From a candidate division WWE3 bacterium (lineage in GTDB: Bacteria > Patescibacteriota > WWE3 > UBA101185 > UBA10185), in NCBI GenBank assembly GCA_016182565.1, contig JACPGI010000009.1:19154-83153 (forward strand): a stretch of DNA of 64,000 bases, in the 5' to 3' direction. Each line of letters begins with the position of its first letter. The stretch's first letter is position 1. The translations under genes and the position numbers were made by a program. Below are positions 1 through 9,087 of this stretch, piece after piece. The notes under the pieces were generated by a model. That model had not been told where the DNA came from. It did not search any database and saw only the letters and a list, made by a program, of their open reading frames with translations.

Positions 1-155
1 TTTGGTTGGAGGCGTGTTTGCCCATAATACCAGTAGCACTGTTCTATATTGTATAAAAAAGAGTTAACAGCAACCACGCCTTGACCACGCTATTTTTAGT
101 GTAGGTAGCTTGTTGAACGCTTTTTATACTTTTAGCAATCTGTTATGCTTTTAGT

Positions 156-2714
156 ATGATCACTCTGCCTGTTGATTTAGTGAGATTTGGAAGCTGGATT
201 TTAGCTACCGCCCCTGTCCGTATCGCCAAAATATTTGGCAGAATTATTATACTTGTAAACAATGAAGCATCATTCATTCTTAATTTAAAGATGCTTTTTG
301 TGCCTTTGTTTGGAGACTATACCTGGGTTGGAAGGCTGATGGGGTTTGTCTACCGCACCATTAAAATCATATTGGGACTTTTAATTATCTTGTTCCTATT
401 TTTACTTGGTATTGTTGTATTTTTGGGTTGGTATATTCTTCCAATTTACCTTTTAGCTGAGACTAAACTATTAATTTTGCCTTTTATTTTAGCCCTATTT
501 TCGTATTGGAAAATTGTTACTCACAACGTTCCAGTTTTGAAAATTCGACACATTACAGGTGATAATTATTTGCAAAGTTTCAGGCCTGAAGCAAGACATG
601 CCCTTGAAAACCTAATTAAATATCCTAAAACCCACTACTATAGATTTTTTCTACATCCAGACATAGTCTTACTCTTAACTAAGCTTGAAGTTCTTGGCAA
701 TAATTTTGTTGAAGATGTAATTGCGCTTGGGCTTGATCACACCTCCCTTAAAGCTAATACATTTAATTTTGCAAAAGAAATGAATGTAAGGTACGTAGAG
801 TTGGAGCATTTATTTTTAGGTATTTTAAGTCTTGTTCCAGACCCAGATAGATTTTTGTCTAAGTATGAACTTACAATGCAAACTTGTACTGATGCCGTAA
901 GTTGGATCGTAAACGAAAGAGAACGACTTTCCAAAATCTTTTTTTGGCAGGAAGACTACCAAGTTCCCATTATGGGCGGTGTTAATAGAGGAATGACGGG
1001 TAGAGTAACTCCTATTTTGGATTCAGTTGGAACAGACTTCACTGAGCAAGCACAGCTTGGTTATATAAAAAATATAAGGGGGCACAAAAAAGAAACCAAA
1101 GATCTTGTGGATATGCTTGGGAATTCCGATATGGTCAATGTTTTAATTGTGGGTCCACCGGGAAGTGGAAAGACCTCTATTGTTAAGGGAATAGCTATGG
1201 AAATCATAAATGGAACTACAGAAAATTCCCTTCAATATAAAAGGATAGTTTCAGTGGAAACAAGTGCCTTGATTGCTGGAGCTTCAACTGCCGGGGATTT
1301 TGCAGGCAGGTTGAAAAGGATAATGGATGATGTTGAAGGGTCGGGCGATATAATTTTGTTTTTTGATGAAATTCATAATCTTGTCGCAGCTGATGCGAAA
1401 GAGGGTTCTACCGTATTTTCTTTGTTGGAACCATATTTTTCTTCAAATAGATTTCAAGTAATAGGTGCAACAAACCTTGAAAATTATAGAAAATTTATAG
1501 AGCCAAACGGATCTTTTGCAAGACTTTTTAGAACAGTAGAAATAGGTGAAACTAATCCAGAAGAAACCTTGGACATATTAGAGGGTGCTGCATACAATTT
1601 TGAAAAAGATTATGGGGTGAAAATTACTTACCCAGCCCTCCAAAAGACCATTTTTCTTTCTAAGAAGTTAATTCATGAGAGAGTTTTTCCTGACAAGGCT
1701 TTAGATATTTTAGGCCGTGCAGTTTTGCTTGTAAGAAAGAACAAGAGTGTAGTATCTGGGGCTGATGTTGCCGACGTGATTTCTGAATTAACCCATATTC
1801 CAGTAAGTGTAGTAAGTGAGAGTGAATCCCAAAAATTATTAAATATAGAAAATGAACTGCGTAAAAGAGTAATTGGCCAAGACAAAGCCCTTGAACAGAT
1901 TGGTAAGGCCATGAAAAGAGGTCGGGCTGGTATAAGAAGTGAAACAAAACCGATTGCTTCATTTTTATTTGTGGGGACAACTGGGGTGGGAAAAACTGAG
2001 ACAGCAAAAGCCTTAGCCGCGTACTACTTTGGAAGTGAAAAAGTCATGATTCGTATGGATATGTCGGAGTATCAACAGCAAGATAGTTTAAGTAGGTTAA
2101 TTGGAGCACCAGATGGGAGTTCGAAAGGTATCTTGACCGAAGCTGTAAGGAAAAACCCTTTTTCAATGATACTTCTTGATGAAATAGAAAAAGCTAATCC
2201 CCAGATTTTGCTGGCTTTTTTGCAGGTATTGGATGATGGTAGGCTTACCGACTCTTCAGGCACTGTAGTTGATTTCACTAATACTATAATAATCTCTACA
2301 AGTAATGTTGGCACAAGAGCCATTCAAATTGAGGCGGAAAAAGGTGCTGATTTCGAGACTATAAATACTGTAGTCATGGCCGAGGTAAGAGTCCATTTTG
2401 CTCCCGAATTCTTAAACAGGTATAGCGGCATTATTGTATTTAGACCACTAAGCGCCGATGATTTTAGAAAAATTGTAGGAATAATGTTAACAAGAGTCCA
2501 AAGAGTTTCAGAGGAAAAAGGTATTAGGGTATCTTTTAAGCCGGAGCTTATTGATGAGCTGTTAAAACGAGGGTTTACTCGTGAGTGGGGAGCAAGACCA
2601 CTTGCAAGAGTTATAGAAGATAGTGTTGAAACTTACATCGCTATAAAACTTTTATCCAACGAGCTTGTAAGGGGAGATGAAATAAACCTTGGGACCGAGG
2701 TTTTTACTGATTGA
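156..2714 (+). CDS. Class III Clp/Hsp100 AAA+ ATPase (ClpA/ClpC-like, two AAA modules, no M-domain) with an N-terminal hydrophobic extension of about 125 aa (2 predicted TM helices) preceding the Clp_N domain
   Basis: Walker A GPPGSGKT and Walker B ILFFDEIHNL in AAA1. Second Walker A VGTTGVGKTETAKALA plus the RVIGQD signature in AAA2. Clp_N-like repeat YVELEHLFLGIL. Residues about 55-115 are strongly hydrophobic (IKIILGLLIILFLFLLGIVVFLGWYILPIYLL). The ORF is uninterrupted from 156. Confidence 0.85.
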   Translation: MITLPVDLVRFGSWILATAPVRIAKIFGRIIILVNNEASFILNLKMLFVPLFGDYTWVGRLMGFVYRTIKIILGLLIILFLFLLGIVVFLGWYILPIYLLAETKLLILPFILALFSYWKIVTHNVPVLKIRHITGDNYLQSFRPEARHALENLIKYPKTHYYRFFLHPDIVLLLTKLEVLGNNFVEDVIALGLDHTSLKANTFNFAKEMNVRYVELEHLFLGILSLVPDPDRFLSKYELTMQTCTDAVSWIVNERERLSKIFFWQEDYQVPIMGGVNRGMTGRVTPILDSVGTDFTEQAQLGYIKNIRGHKKETKDLVDMLGNSDMVNVLIVGPPGSGKTSIVKGIAMEIINGTTENSLQYKRIVSVETSALIAGASTAGDFAGRLKRIMDDVEGSGDIILFFDEIHNLVAADAKEGSTVFSLLEPYFSSNRFQVIGATNLENYRKFIEPNGSFARLFRTVEIGETNPEETLDILEGAAYNFEKDYGVKITYPALQKTIFLSKKLIHERVFPDKALDILGRAVLLVRKNKSVVSGADVADVISELTHIPVSVVSESESQKLLNIENELRKRVIGQDKALEQIGKAMKRGRAGIRSETKPIASFLFVGTTGVGKTETAKALAAYYFGSEKVMIRMDMSEYQQQDSLSRLIGAPDGSSKGILTEAVRKNPFSMILLDEIEKANPQILLAFLQVLDDGRLTDSSGTVVDFTNTIIISTSNVGTRAIQIEAEKGADFETINTVVMAEVRVHFAPEFLNRYSGIIVFRPLSADDFRKIVGIMLTRVQRVSEEKGIRVSFKPELIDELLKRGFTREWGARPLARVIEDSVETYIAIKLLSNELVRGDEINLGTEVFTD

Positions 2715-2810
2715 TTTTCCCACATCAATAACTTTAATAGTGAGTAAAAATCTTTTGAGAACACCTTTATTTTTAAACCTTGAATTATAAGCATTTGATA
2801 TACTTCCAAC

Positions 2811-3824
2811 ATGCAAGATCCTCAGGAAAAATTAATAGGGCTTAGCGAAAAACTTGAAGTTACTACAAAAAGAGAGCGTATTAAAGAACTTGAAACTATT
2901 ATTTCTGACGAAAAGATATGGCAAGACTGGGAAAAAGGACAAAAATTATCTCAAGAACTTGCTGAGATAAAAAGAGATCTTGAGGAGTTTGAAATGCTAG
3001 AGCTTCTTCTTGAAGCTGCAAATACTGAAGAGGAAAGATTAGAGTTTGATAAAGAGTTTAAGAAGCTAGAACTTAAAACCTACTTGTCAGGAAGTCATGA
3101 TAAAGGAGATGCTATTTTATCAATTCATTCTGGGCAAGGTGGTACAGAAGCAATGGATTGGGCAGCTATTTTATATCGCATGTATTCAAGGTATGCCGAG
3201 AATAAATACTGGAAATTTGTGGAGTTAGAAAAAACTCGTGGGGAGGAAGCCGGAATAAAATCTGTTTCTGTTGAGGTGGACGGTAAATACGCCTATGGGT
3301 TTTTGAAAAATGAGTCGGGTGTACATAGACTTGTAAGGCAATCTCCGTTTAATGCTGATGATCTAAGGCAAACTTCATTTGCATTAGTTGAAGTTATTCC
3401 CGTGATTGATGATGGTATTGATGTAGAAGTAAAGCCTGCGGATATAGAGGAGGAATTTTTCAGATCAGGTGGTGCTGGTGGACAAAATGTAAATAAGGTT
3501 TCTACTGCAGTGAGACTAAGACATATCCCAACCGGTATTGTAGTTGAAAATCAGACTGAGAGATTTCAAGCTAAAAACAGAGAAAAAGCTATGAAAGTTT
3601 TAAAATCTAAGTTGTATGCTTTGGAGTTGCAAAAGATTGAGGCTGAGAAAAGAAAACTCAAAGGTGATTATGTGGTGCCGGGATGGGGGAATCAAATTCG
3701 AAATTATGTATTACACCCATATAAACTTGTAAAAGACTTACGCACAGATATTGAAAGCACAAATCCGGAAAATGTTTTAGACGGTGATTTAGATATGTTT
3801 ATCGAGGCTGAAGTAAAGCTGTAA
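2811..3824 (+). CDS. prfB: Peptide chain release factor 2
   Basis: SPF tripeptide (QSPFNA) specific for RF2. GGQ motif (SGGAGGQNVNKVSTAVRL). The ORF is contiguous with no CUU-UGA frameshift site. Confidence 0.9.
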   Translation: MQDPQEKLIGLSEKLEVTTKRERIKELETIISDEKIWQDWEKGQKLSQELAEIKRDLEEFEMLELLLEAANTEEERLEFDKEFKKLELKTYLSGSHDKGDAILSIHSGQGGTEAMDWAAILYRMYSRYAENKYWKFVELEKTRGEEAGIKSVSVEVDGKYAYGFLKNESGVHRLVRQSPFNADDLRQTSFALVEVIPVIDDGIDVEVKPADIEEEFFRSGGAGGQNVNKVSTAVRLRHIPTGIVVENQTERFQAKNREKAMKVLKSKLYALELQKIEAEKRKLKGDYVVPGWGNQIRNYVLHPYKLVKDLRTDIESTNPENVLDGDLDMFIEAEVKL

Positions 3825-4047
3825 TCTCTTTGTAACCTATCCCGTTAAAATGCAATGCTAAGATAAAGAGTAGACTAAATACTGCAAAAATTGAGGTTTT
3901 GATAAGGTCGGATTTGATTTGTTTTATGGGCAGGTCATTAATATTTTTCCTCTCACTACCGCCTTTTGCCTCTATTTCAAGCCCAACTGATCCCTGAGCT
4001 TTAAGTATTTCTTCATATCTTTTTGTACGTAACTTCTTTTTTTGCAT
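3799..4047 (-). CDS. Hypothetical small protein with basic N-terminus and one C-terminal TM helix, convergent with and overlapping the prfB 3' end
   Basis: 82-aa ORF with a C-terminal hydrophobic stretch IFAVFSLLFILALHF. No clear SD sequence. It could be spurious in AT-rich DNA. Confidence 0.3.
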   Translation of the reverse strand: MQKKKLRTKRYEEILKAQGSVGLEIEAKGGSERKNINDLPIKQIKSDLIKTSIFAVFSLLFILALHFNGIGYKEITALLQPR

Positions 4048-4139
4048 ATGTGTATTCTATCAGATAGCACAAGGCCATAATTTAAATTTGTAAAAACTGC
4101 ATATAGACACAATATGTACTCAATCTCTATAATGCATCC

Positions 4140-4601
4140 ATGGACAGTTTGATTCCGTTTTTTATATCGTTATCGGTTTTTACAGTATGGTTACTGCTTT
4201 TGACTTATTTGTATCTGGACTCAGTTCGCCACTATAAAAATCTTTCAATCAATAGGGGCGAAAGTTTAGATAAAGCAATAAACCTCATATTTAAAGGTTT
4301 AGAGCAATTGCACAACGAGCTTGGTAAAGAAAAGGCAAGGATATTAGATCTTGAAAAAGCGCAGGTGAGAAATGTTCAGAAAGTTTCTTTAAAAAGATTT
4401 AATCCTTTTGATGATACAGGTGGAAATCAATCTTTTACTATGGCAATGCTTGATGCAAATAACGATGGAGTAGTTTTTTCAAGTTTGCACGGTAGAAGCG
4501 GAACTAGAATTTATGCAAAACCAATAAAGAGTGGTATGCAGGCTGATCATGAGTTATCTGAGGAGGAGCAAGAAGTAGTTAATTTGGCATCTAAGGACTA
4601 A
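4140..4601 (+). CDS. DUF4446-like membrane-anchored protein
   Basis: N-terminal TM helix. The conserved C-terminal block FNPFDDTGGNQSFTMAMLDANNDGVVFSSLHGRSGTRIYAKPI resembles the DUF4446 family as I recall it. TATAAT lies 7 nt upstream of the ATG. Confidence 0.6.
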   Translation: MDSLIPFFISLSVFTVWLLLLTYLYLDSVRHYKNLSINRGESLDKAINLIFKGLEQLHNELGKEKARILDLEKAQVRNVQKVSLKRFNPFDDTGGNQSFTMAMLDANNDGVVFSSLHGRSGTRIYAKPIKSGMQADHELSEEEQEVVNLASKD

Positions 4602-4612
4602 GAAAGAATAAA

Positions 4613-5704
4613 ATGAAACAATTTGCTTCTATTTTTTTTGGAGTGTTAATTGCCGGTCTTTTAGTATTTGGAGGATTTCTTTATTTTAAAAAAGGCGGGA
4701 GTGGATTTATTTCACCTATCGCTAAAAACTTTGGAACTCAGCAAAAATATTCTAATGACGTTTTTTTCCAAAACCCACTAACTGGTGAGGAGTTTTCATT
4801 TGAAGCGGCAAGTCCTTGGAAAGATATAAGACCTCTTGCTGTTATGGTAAATAATTACATCGATGCAAGGCCTCAATCCGGGCTTATTTATGCAGATCTT
4901 GTATATGAAATAGTTGCAGAAGGTGGTATCGCAAGACTTCTTCCATTTTTCTTATCTAATGTGCCGGAAAAGATCGGACCTGTGCGAAGCACAAGAGAAT
5001 ATTATTTAGTGTTAGTTAAAGAATTGGGAGATGCCATGCTTATGCACATAGGATGGTCACCGCAAGCCCTTGAGGCTATTGAAACCTGGCCAGTAAGAAG
5101 TTTGGGTCGTGGAGGTGGGGATTTCTGGCGAGATAATCCTAGAAATGTAGCAATTGAACACACTGCATACACAAACGGCAAAGAGTTAATAAAAACAGGG
5201 CTTGAGTTAGGTTGGACTGGGACAAGAGATATCAAAGCATGGATTTTTAAAGAAGACAAAAAAGAATACCCCACCGCAAAAACTGCTTCCAAGGTTGTAA
5301 TTGATTTTTGGTACAAGGGAGATTATACGGCAGCATTTGAGTACGATGCTGTTTCAAATAGCTATTTAAGATTTGTAGGTTACGATGAAAATGACAAATT
5401 AATAGCTCACAAAGATCAAGAGACAAATGAGCAAATAAAATCAAAAAATGTTATTGTCCAATTTGTTCCGGAAGTACCAATTGTAGGAGACGATAAGAAT
5501 AGACTTACTTATGAATTAATAGGTGCCGGTAAAGGTTATGTTTTTTTGGATGGTAAGGTGATTGAAGTCACTTGGAGTAAAGCCGCACGAGATGATAGAA
5601 CTATGTTTTATGACATGGATGGAAATGAAATGCAGTTTAACAAGGGTAAATTTTGGATTTGTGTAGTACCTGATAGAAATATTGATCAAGTAGTAATTAA
5701 TTAA
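4613..5704 (+). CDS. DUF3048 (YerB-like) secreted or membrane-anchored protein
   Basis: N-terminal signal-anchor. Blocks PLAVMVNNYIDARPQSGLIYADLVYEIVAEGGIARLLPFF and GPVRSTREYY are typical of DUF3048 N- and C-domains. Confidence 0.65.
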   Translation: MKQFASIFFGVLIAGLLVFGGFLYFKKGGSGFISPIAKNFGTQQKYSNDVFFQNPLTGEEFSFEAASPWKDIRPLAVMVNNYIDARPQSGLIYADLVYEIVAEGGIARLLPFFLSNVPEKIGPVRSTREYYLVLVKELGDAMLMHIGWSPQALEAIETWPVRSLGRGGGDFWRDNPRNVAIEHTAYTNGKELIKTGLELGWTGTRDIKAWIFKEDKKEYPTAKTASKVVIDFWYKGDYTAAFEYDAVSNSYLRFVGYDENDKLIAHKDQETNEQIKSKNVIVQFVPEVPIVGDDKNRLTYELIGAGKGYVFLDGKVIEVTWSKAARDDRTMFYDMDGNEMQFNKGKFWICVVPDRNIDQVVIN

Positions 5705-5713
5705 AGAAATGTA

Positions 5714-6316
5714 TTGTCTGCCCAGTTAGGACAAATGCTAAAAGATTTATTTATATCTGAAGTTCGAGTTAACATATTAAAGGCAATGCTTCCTTACCCT
5801 GAAAAATCCTTTCATGTAAGAGCAATAGTGCGTGAAGTTGACACTGAAATAAACGCAGTAAGGCGGGAACTTGCTAGGCTTACTAATTTAGGACTTCTTC
5901 GAAAACGTCCAAGCGGGAATAGGATTTATTATTCTGTTGAAACTATCTCCCCATATTATCCTGAACTTTTATCCTTGATTGCAAAGGAAAGCGGGTTGGG
6001 GTTTGAGATCATAAAATCGGCCAAAAAGTTGGGAGAAATAAAATATGCAGTACTCTCACGTGGTTTTTCTAGAGGTAGGGTATTTGGAGTTTTTGATGTT
6101 GATTTGTTTTTAGTAGGTAATTCTGATCTTAGGGTACTTGATGCCCTTGTAAAAAAGTATCAAGATAAACTTGGTCGTGAGATCAATTATTCTGTAATGT
6201 CTCAAGATGATTTTGAATTTCGCAAAAGAAAAAACGATCAATTTGTGATGAAAATCCTTTCTCAGAGTAGGACTATGCTAATTGGAGATGAAGAAGAGTT
6301 TAGTGTTATCATGTAG
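5714..6316 (+). CDS. Winged-helix transcriptional regulator with an uncharacterised C-terminal domain (TTG start at 5714, alternative ATG at 5735)
   Basis: N-terminal wHTH pattern (VRVNILKAML...RAIVREVDTEINAVRRELARLTNLGLLRKRPSGNRIYYSV). The C-terminal about 110 aa has no motif I recognise. Confidence 0.55.
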   Translation: MSAQLGQMLKDLFISEVRVNILKAMLPYPEKSFHVRAIVREVDTEINAVRRELARLTNLGLLRKRPSGNRIYYSVETISPYYPELLSLIAKESGLGFEIIKSAKKLGEIKYAVLSRGFSRGRVFGVFDVDLFLVGNSDLRVLDALVKKYQDKLGREINYSVMSQDDFEFRKRKNDQFVMKILSQSRTMLIGDEEEFSVIM

Positions 6317-6319
6317 CCT

Positions 6320-7777
6320 ATGTTTAAAAATGTCTACTTTAGGCTAGGTTTAATATCTACACTTACTGCAGTTGCACTCCTTGTTGTACTTCCAAAAACT
6401 CCAGTGAAAATAGATACAGTTATATTTGGTAAAGAAATTAAAAAAGATTTTGCAGTCGGTGGTTACAATTTAAATTATTTTAATGGAAAAATTTCTTTAG
6501 ATTTAAGTAAACTTAAACGCGGACTTGATCTTGAAGGTGGGGTAAGAGTCGTACTTAAAGCAAAGATGGAAAGCATTGCTGAAGTTGATCGTGATAATGC
6601 TTTGGAATCAGTTAAGGAAATCATTTCAAGAAGAGTTAATTTACTTGGGGTTTCTGAGCCGTATATCGCTTCAGTAAAAAATGGCGATGATTATAGGGTT
6701 ATTGTGGAACTCCCGGGGGTGGAGGATGTGGCTACAGCAATTAACTTGATAGGACAAACTGCCCAGCTTCATTTTAAAGAGCTTGCTCCGGGAATAGTTT
6801 GGGATGAGTCTAAATTTCAAGAATTATTTTTTAACCCCCAAGCTTGGGTCGATGGTGGGGTAACCGGAGCTGATTTAAAAGGGGTAGACGTAGTTTTTAA
6901 TGGTGATACTCAGAAAAATATAAATTCAGCTCCGCAAATCCAATTAAAGTTTACAGACTTAGGAAGAGAGAAATTTTCAGAACTTGCAAAAAGAAATATC
7001 AACAAACCAATAGGTTTATTTTTGGATGAAAGTTCGTTTCCGCTTTCAACTCCAGTAGTTAGTCCCGATCTTGCAAAAGGTCTTATAAATGATCCTGTTA
7101 TAAGTGGTAATTTTGATGTTGCTACCGCAAAAAATTTAAGTGTCCAACTTCGTGCCGGAGCTCTTCCTGTACCAGTTGAAGTACTAGAACAAAAAACAAT
7201 AGGAGCAACACTTGGTGCCGAATCTGTAAAAAGTAGTATTTACGCAGGTGCTGTTGGGCTTTTCCTTGTAATGGTATTTTTGATTATTATGTATGGAAGA
7301 CTTGGGATTTTAGCTAATGTTGCTCTTATTATCTATGCTCTACTAGTACTATCCATTTTTAAAATAGTTCCGGTAGTTTTAACACTTCCGGGCGTTGCCG
7401 GTTTTATTTTATCTGTAGGTATGGCTGCGGATGCAAATATATTGATTTTTGAACGAATAAAAGAAGAAGTACTTTGGGGTCGTCCCCATTCAATTGCAAT
7501 ACGTCTTGGTTTTGAACGTGCTTGGTCTTCTATAAGAGACTCAAACATAACTTCTCTTATTACTTCTGCAATTTTATTTCATTTTGGAAACGGACCAGTG
7601 CGAGGTTTTGCACTAACTCTTGCCATAGGTATAGTGGTGTCACTTTTTACTTCAATTTATGTAACTAAAAACTTTATTGTAGCTTTTGATATCGCAAGTA
7701 CTTTGGAAAAAAGTGGAAAAGTTTCAAAAGGTTTAAGTACAATTAGAAGCTTTTTGACAAAGAAAGGTAACAAATGA
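6320..7777 (+). CDS. secD: Protein translocase subunit SecD
   Basis: GLDLEGGVRVVLKA motif, periplasmic domain, six C-terminal TM helices, immediately upstream of secF. Confidence 0.9.
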   Translation: MFKNVYFRLGLISTLTAVALLVVLPKTPVKIDTVIFGKEIKKDFAVGGYNLNYFNGKISLDLSKLKRGLDLEGGVRVVLKAKMESIAEVDRDNALESVKEIISRRVNLLGVSEPYIASVKNGDDYRVIVELPGVEDVATAINLIGQTAQLHFKELAPGIVWDESKFQELFFNPQAWVDGGVTGADLKGVDVVFNGDTQKNINSAPQIQLKFTDLGREKFSELAKRNINKPIGLFLDESSFPLSTPVVSPDLAKGLINDPVISGNFDVATAKNLSVQLRAGALPVPVEVLEQKTIGATLGAESVKSSIYAGAVGLFLVMVFLIIMYGRLGILANVALIIYALLVLSIFKIVPVVLTLPGVAGFILSVGMAADANILIFERIKEEVLWGRPHSIAIRLGFERAWSSIRDSNITSLITSAILFHFGNGPVRGFALTLAIGIVVSLFTSIYVTKNFIVAFDIASTLEKSGKVSKGLSTIRSFLTKKGNK

Positions 7778-8673
7778 ATATTGTAAAATTTGGCAAAACT
7801 TTTTTGATTGTTTCAGCTTTGATTTTAGTACCGGGAATAATTTCCCTTTTTGTAAATGGCCTTAACTTATCAATTGATTACACAGGTGGATCAGTTTTCG
7901 AATTTAATGTAAGTGATGCTAAAAATAAAGAAAATGATATACGAGGTGTATTTAAAGAAAAAAATGTGGAAGTTGAGGGCACTGTTTTTGAAGGAAGTAA
8001 CAAGATAATTGTTCGAACAAAATCGGTTGATGTTGCTACAGGGGATGGGATCAAACAAGACCTTCAAAAAAAATTTACTGATCTAAAACTTAATTCCTTT
8101 GAAACTGTAGGACCTGCAATAGGTAATGAAACCACTAAAAAATCACTAATTGCACTTGCCATTGCTTCATTTGCGATAGTTGCATACATTTCATTTGCAT
8201 TTAGAAATATAAGAAAACCATTTTCAAGTTGGAAATTTGGAGTATCTGCTGTAATTGCAATGCTTCATGATGCATTTATGGTAATTGGTGCCTTTTCTAT
8301 TTTAGGTAAATTTTATGGATATCAGGTGGATGCTTTGTTTATAACAGCGCTTTTAACAATTATTGGATTTTCTGTACATGACACAATTGTTGTATATGAT
8401 CGTATTCGTGAAAACTTGGGAAAACTCCCAAAAAGTTTAAGTTTTTCGGAAATTGTGAACTTTTCATTAGTAGAAACTTTGAACAGATCTTTGATAACTT
8501 CCTTAACAGTAATTATTACTTTGACATCTCTTTTAGTTTTAGGCGGACAATCTATAAGGTATTTTATAACCGCACTTTTGATAGGTATTATTTCAGGAAC
8601 TTATTCTTCTATTTTTACTGCAACTCCAATTGTTGTTTTATGGGAAGAGTGGGGACTTAAAAAGAAAAGATAA
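7774..8673 (+). CDS. secF: Protein translocase subunit SecF
   Basis: LSIDYTGGSVFEF motif and the SecF TM pattern. The start overlaps the secD stop (ATGA). Confidence 0.9.
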   Translation: MNIVKFGKTFLIVSALILVPGIISLFVNGLNLSIDYTGGSVFEFNVSDAKNKENDIRGVFKEKNVEVEGTVFEGSNKIIVRTKSVDVATGDGIKQDLQKKFTDLKLNSFETVGPAIGNETTKKSLIALAIASFAIVAYISFAFRNIRKPFSSWKFGVSAVIAMLHDAFMVIGAFSILGKFYGYQVDALFITALLTIIGFSVHDTIVVYDRIRENLGKLPKSLSFSEIVNFSLVETLNRSLITSLTVIITLTSLLVLGGQSIRYFITALLIGIISGTYSSIFTATPIVVLWEEWGLKKKR

Positions 8674-8690
8674 ATTAGAGCTATTTAATC

Positions 8691-8740
8691 AGTCAGCGAG
8701 AAAAGATGCTCGCTGACTAATATTTTATTTTTTGTTTTTT
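8691..8740. terminator. Hairpin (10-bp stem AGTCAGCGAG / CTCGCTGACT, 8-nt loop) followed by a T-rich tract. Likely a bidirectional intrinsic terminator between secF (+) and the small - strand gene.
   Basis: Perfect inverted repeat at 8691-8718, then TATTTTATTTTTTGTTTTTT. Confidence 0.55.
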
Positions 8741-8928
8741 AATCTGGCGATCGGATTTTTTCCAAAAATAGCTTCCAAAACCAGATATAACGCAAAGCCC
8801 TGCAGGATAGCCGAAATGAAGGATTCAGGTTTTCGAATTGCATCTACAAGGCTGGTTATAGCGCCAAGAACTAGTGCTATGAATAGAATTACCAAAAATA
8901 CGTTGACAATTCTTTTATTGGGATCCAT
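8725..8928 (-). CDS. Small hypothetical membrane protein (67 aa, 2 TM)
   Basis: ATG at 8928 is preceded on the - strand by AAGGAGA. The product MDPNKRIVNVFLVILFIALVLGAITSLV... has two hydrophobic helices. The ORF-track version extends to 8994. Confidence 0.5.
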   Translation of the reverse strand: MDPNKRIVNVFLVILFIALVLGAITSLVDAIRKPESFISAILQGFALYLVLEAIFGKNPIARLKNKK

Positions 8929-9087
8929 AAAAATCTCCTTTCCTTGGATATGTTTGATTTTCCGCATTCTATAGTACAAAATGCTAAATTTCAAATAAAA
9001 GTCCTACTCTTTATTTTTACTACTACTCTATACCCAAATTATTTGCCAAAAATTAATTTACAAATATTCCTACCAATTTCCGTTATA

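Noticed and set aside
1660-2323. Three - strand ORFs (115, 79 and 83 aa) inside the Clp ATPase gene
   Set aside because: They are entirely antisense to a strongly supported CDS and have no start signals, so they are spurious. The same reasoning applies to the other short antisense ORFs in the track at 737, 5002, 7333, 9612, 11840, 12132, 20902, 22104, 22722, 24252, 26158, 28174, 30598, 31279, 32156, 35832, 37012, 38063, 39936, 41352, 43906, 45021, 46122, 48561, 49146, 52215, 53807, 56712, 58528, 59285, 61991 and 63238.
2735-2760. Possible RF2 +1 frameshift site (ATCTTTTGAGA)
   Set aside because: It is not the CUU UGA C context, lies upstream of the ATG, and has no upstream frame-0 ORF. The N-terminus aligns with RF2 without a shift.
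8732-8974. 80-aa + strand ORF antisense to the small membrane-protein gene
   Set aside because: The translation is not protein-like (P/R/S-rich with no coherent hydrophobic pattern). The - strand ORF has a canonical SD and a clean two-TM product, so the + strand ORF is most likely spurious.
8944-9087. N-terminal extension of recJ given by the ORF track
   Set aside because: The extension is a hydrophobic, low-complexity stretch not found in RecJ proteins. The internal ATG at 9088 gives a normal RecJ N-terminus, and the region overlaps the promoter and SD of the convergent small gene.
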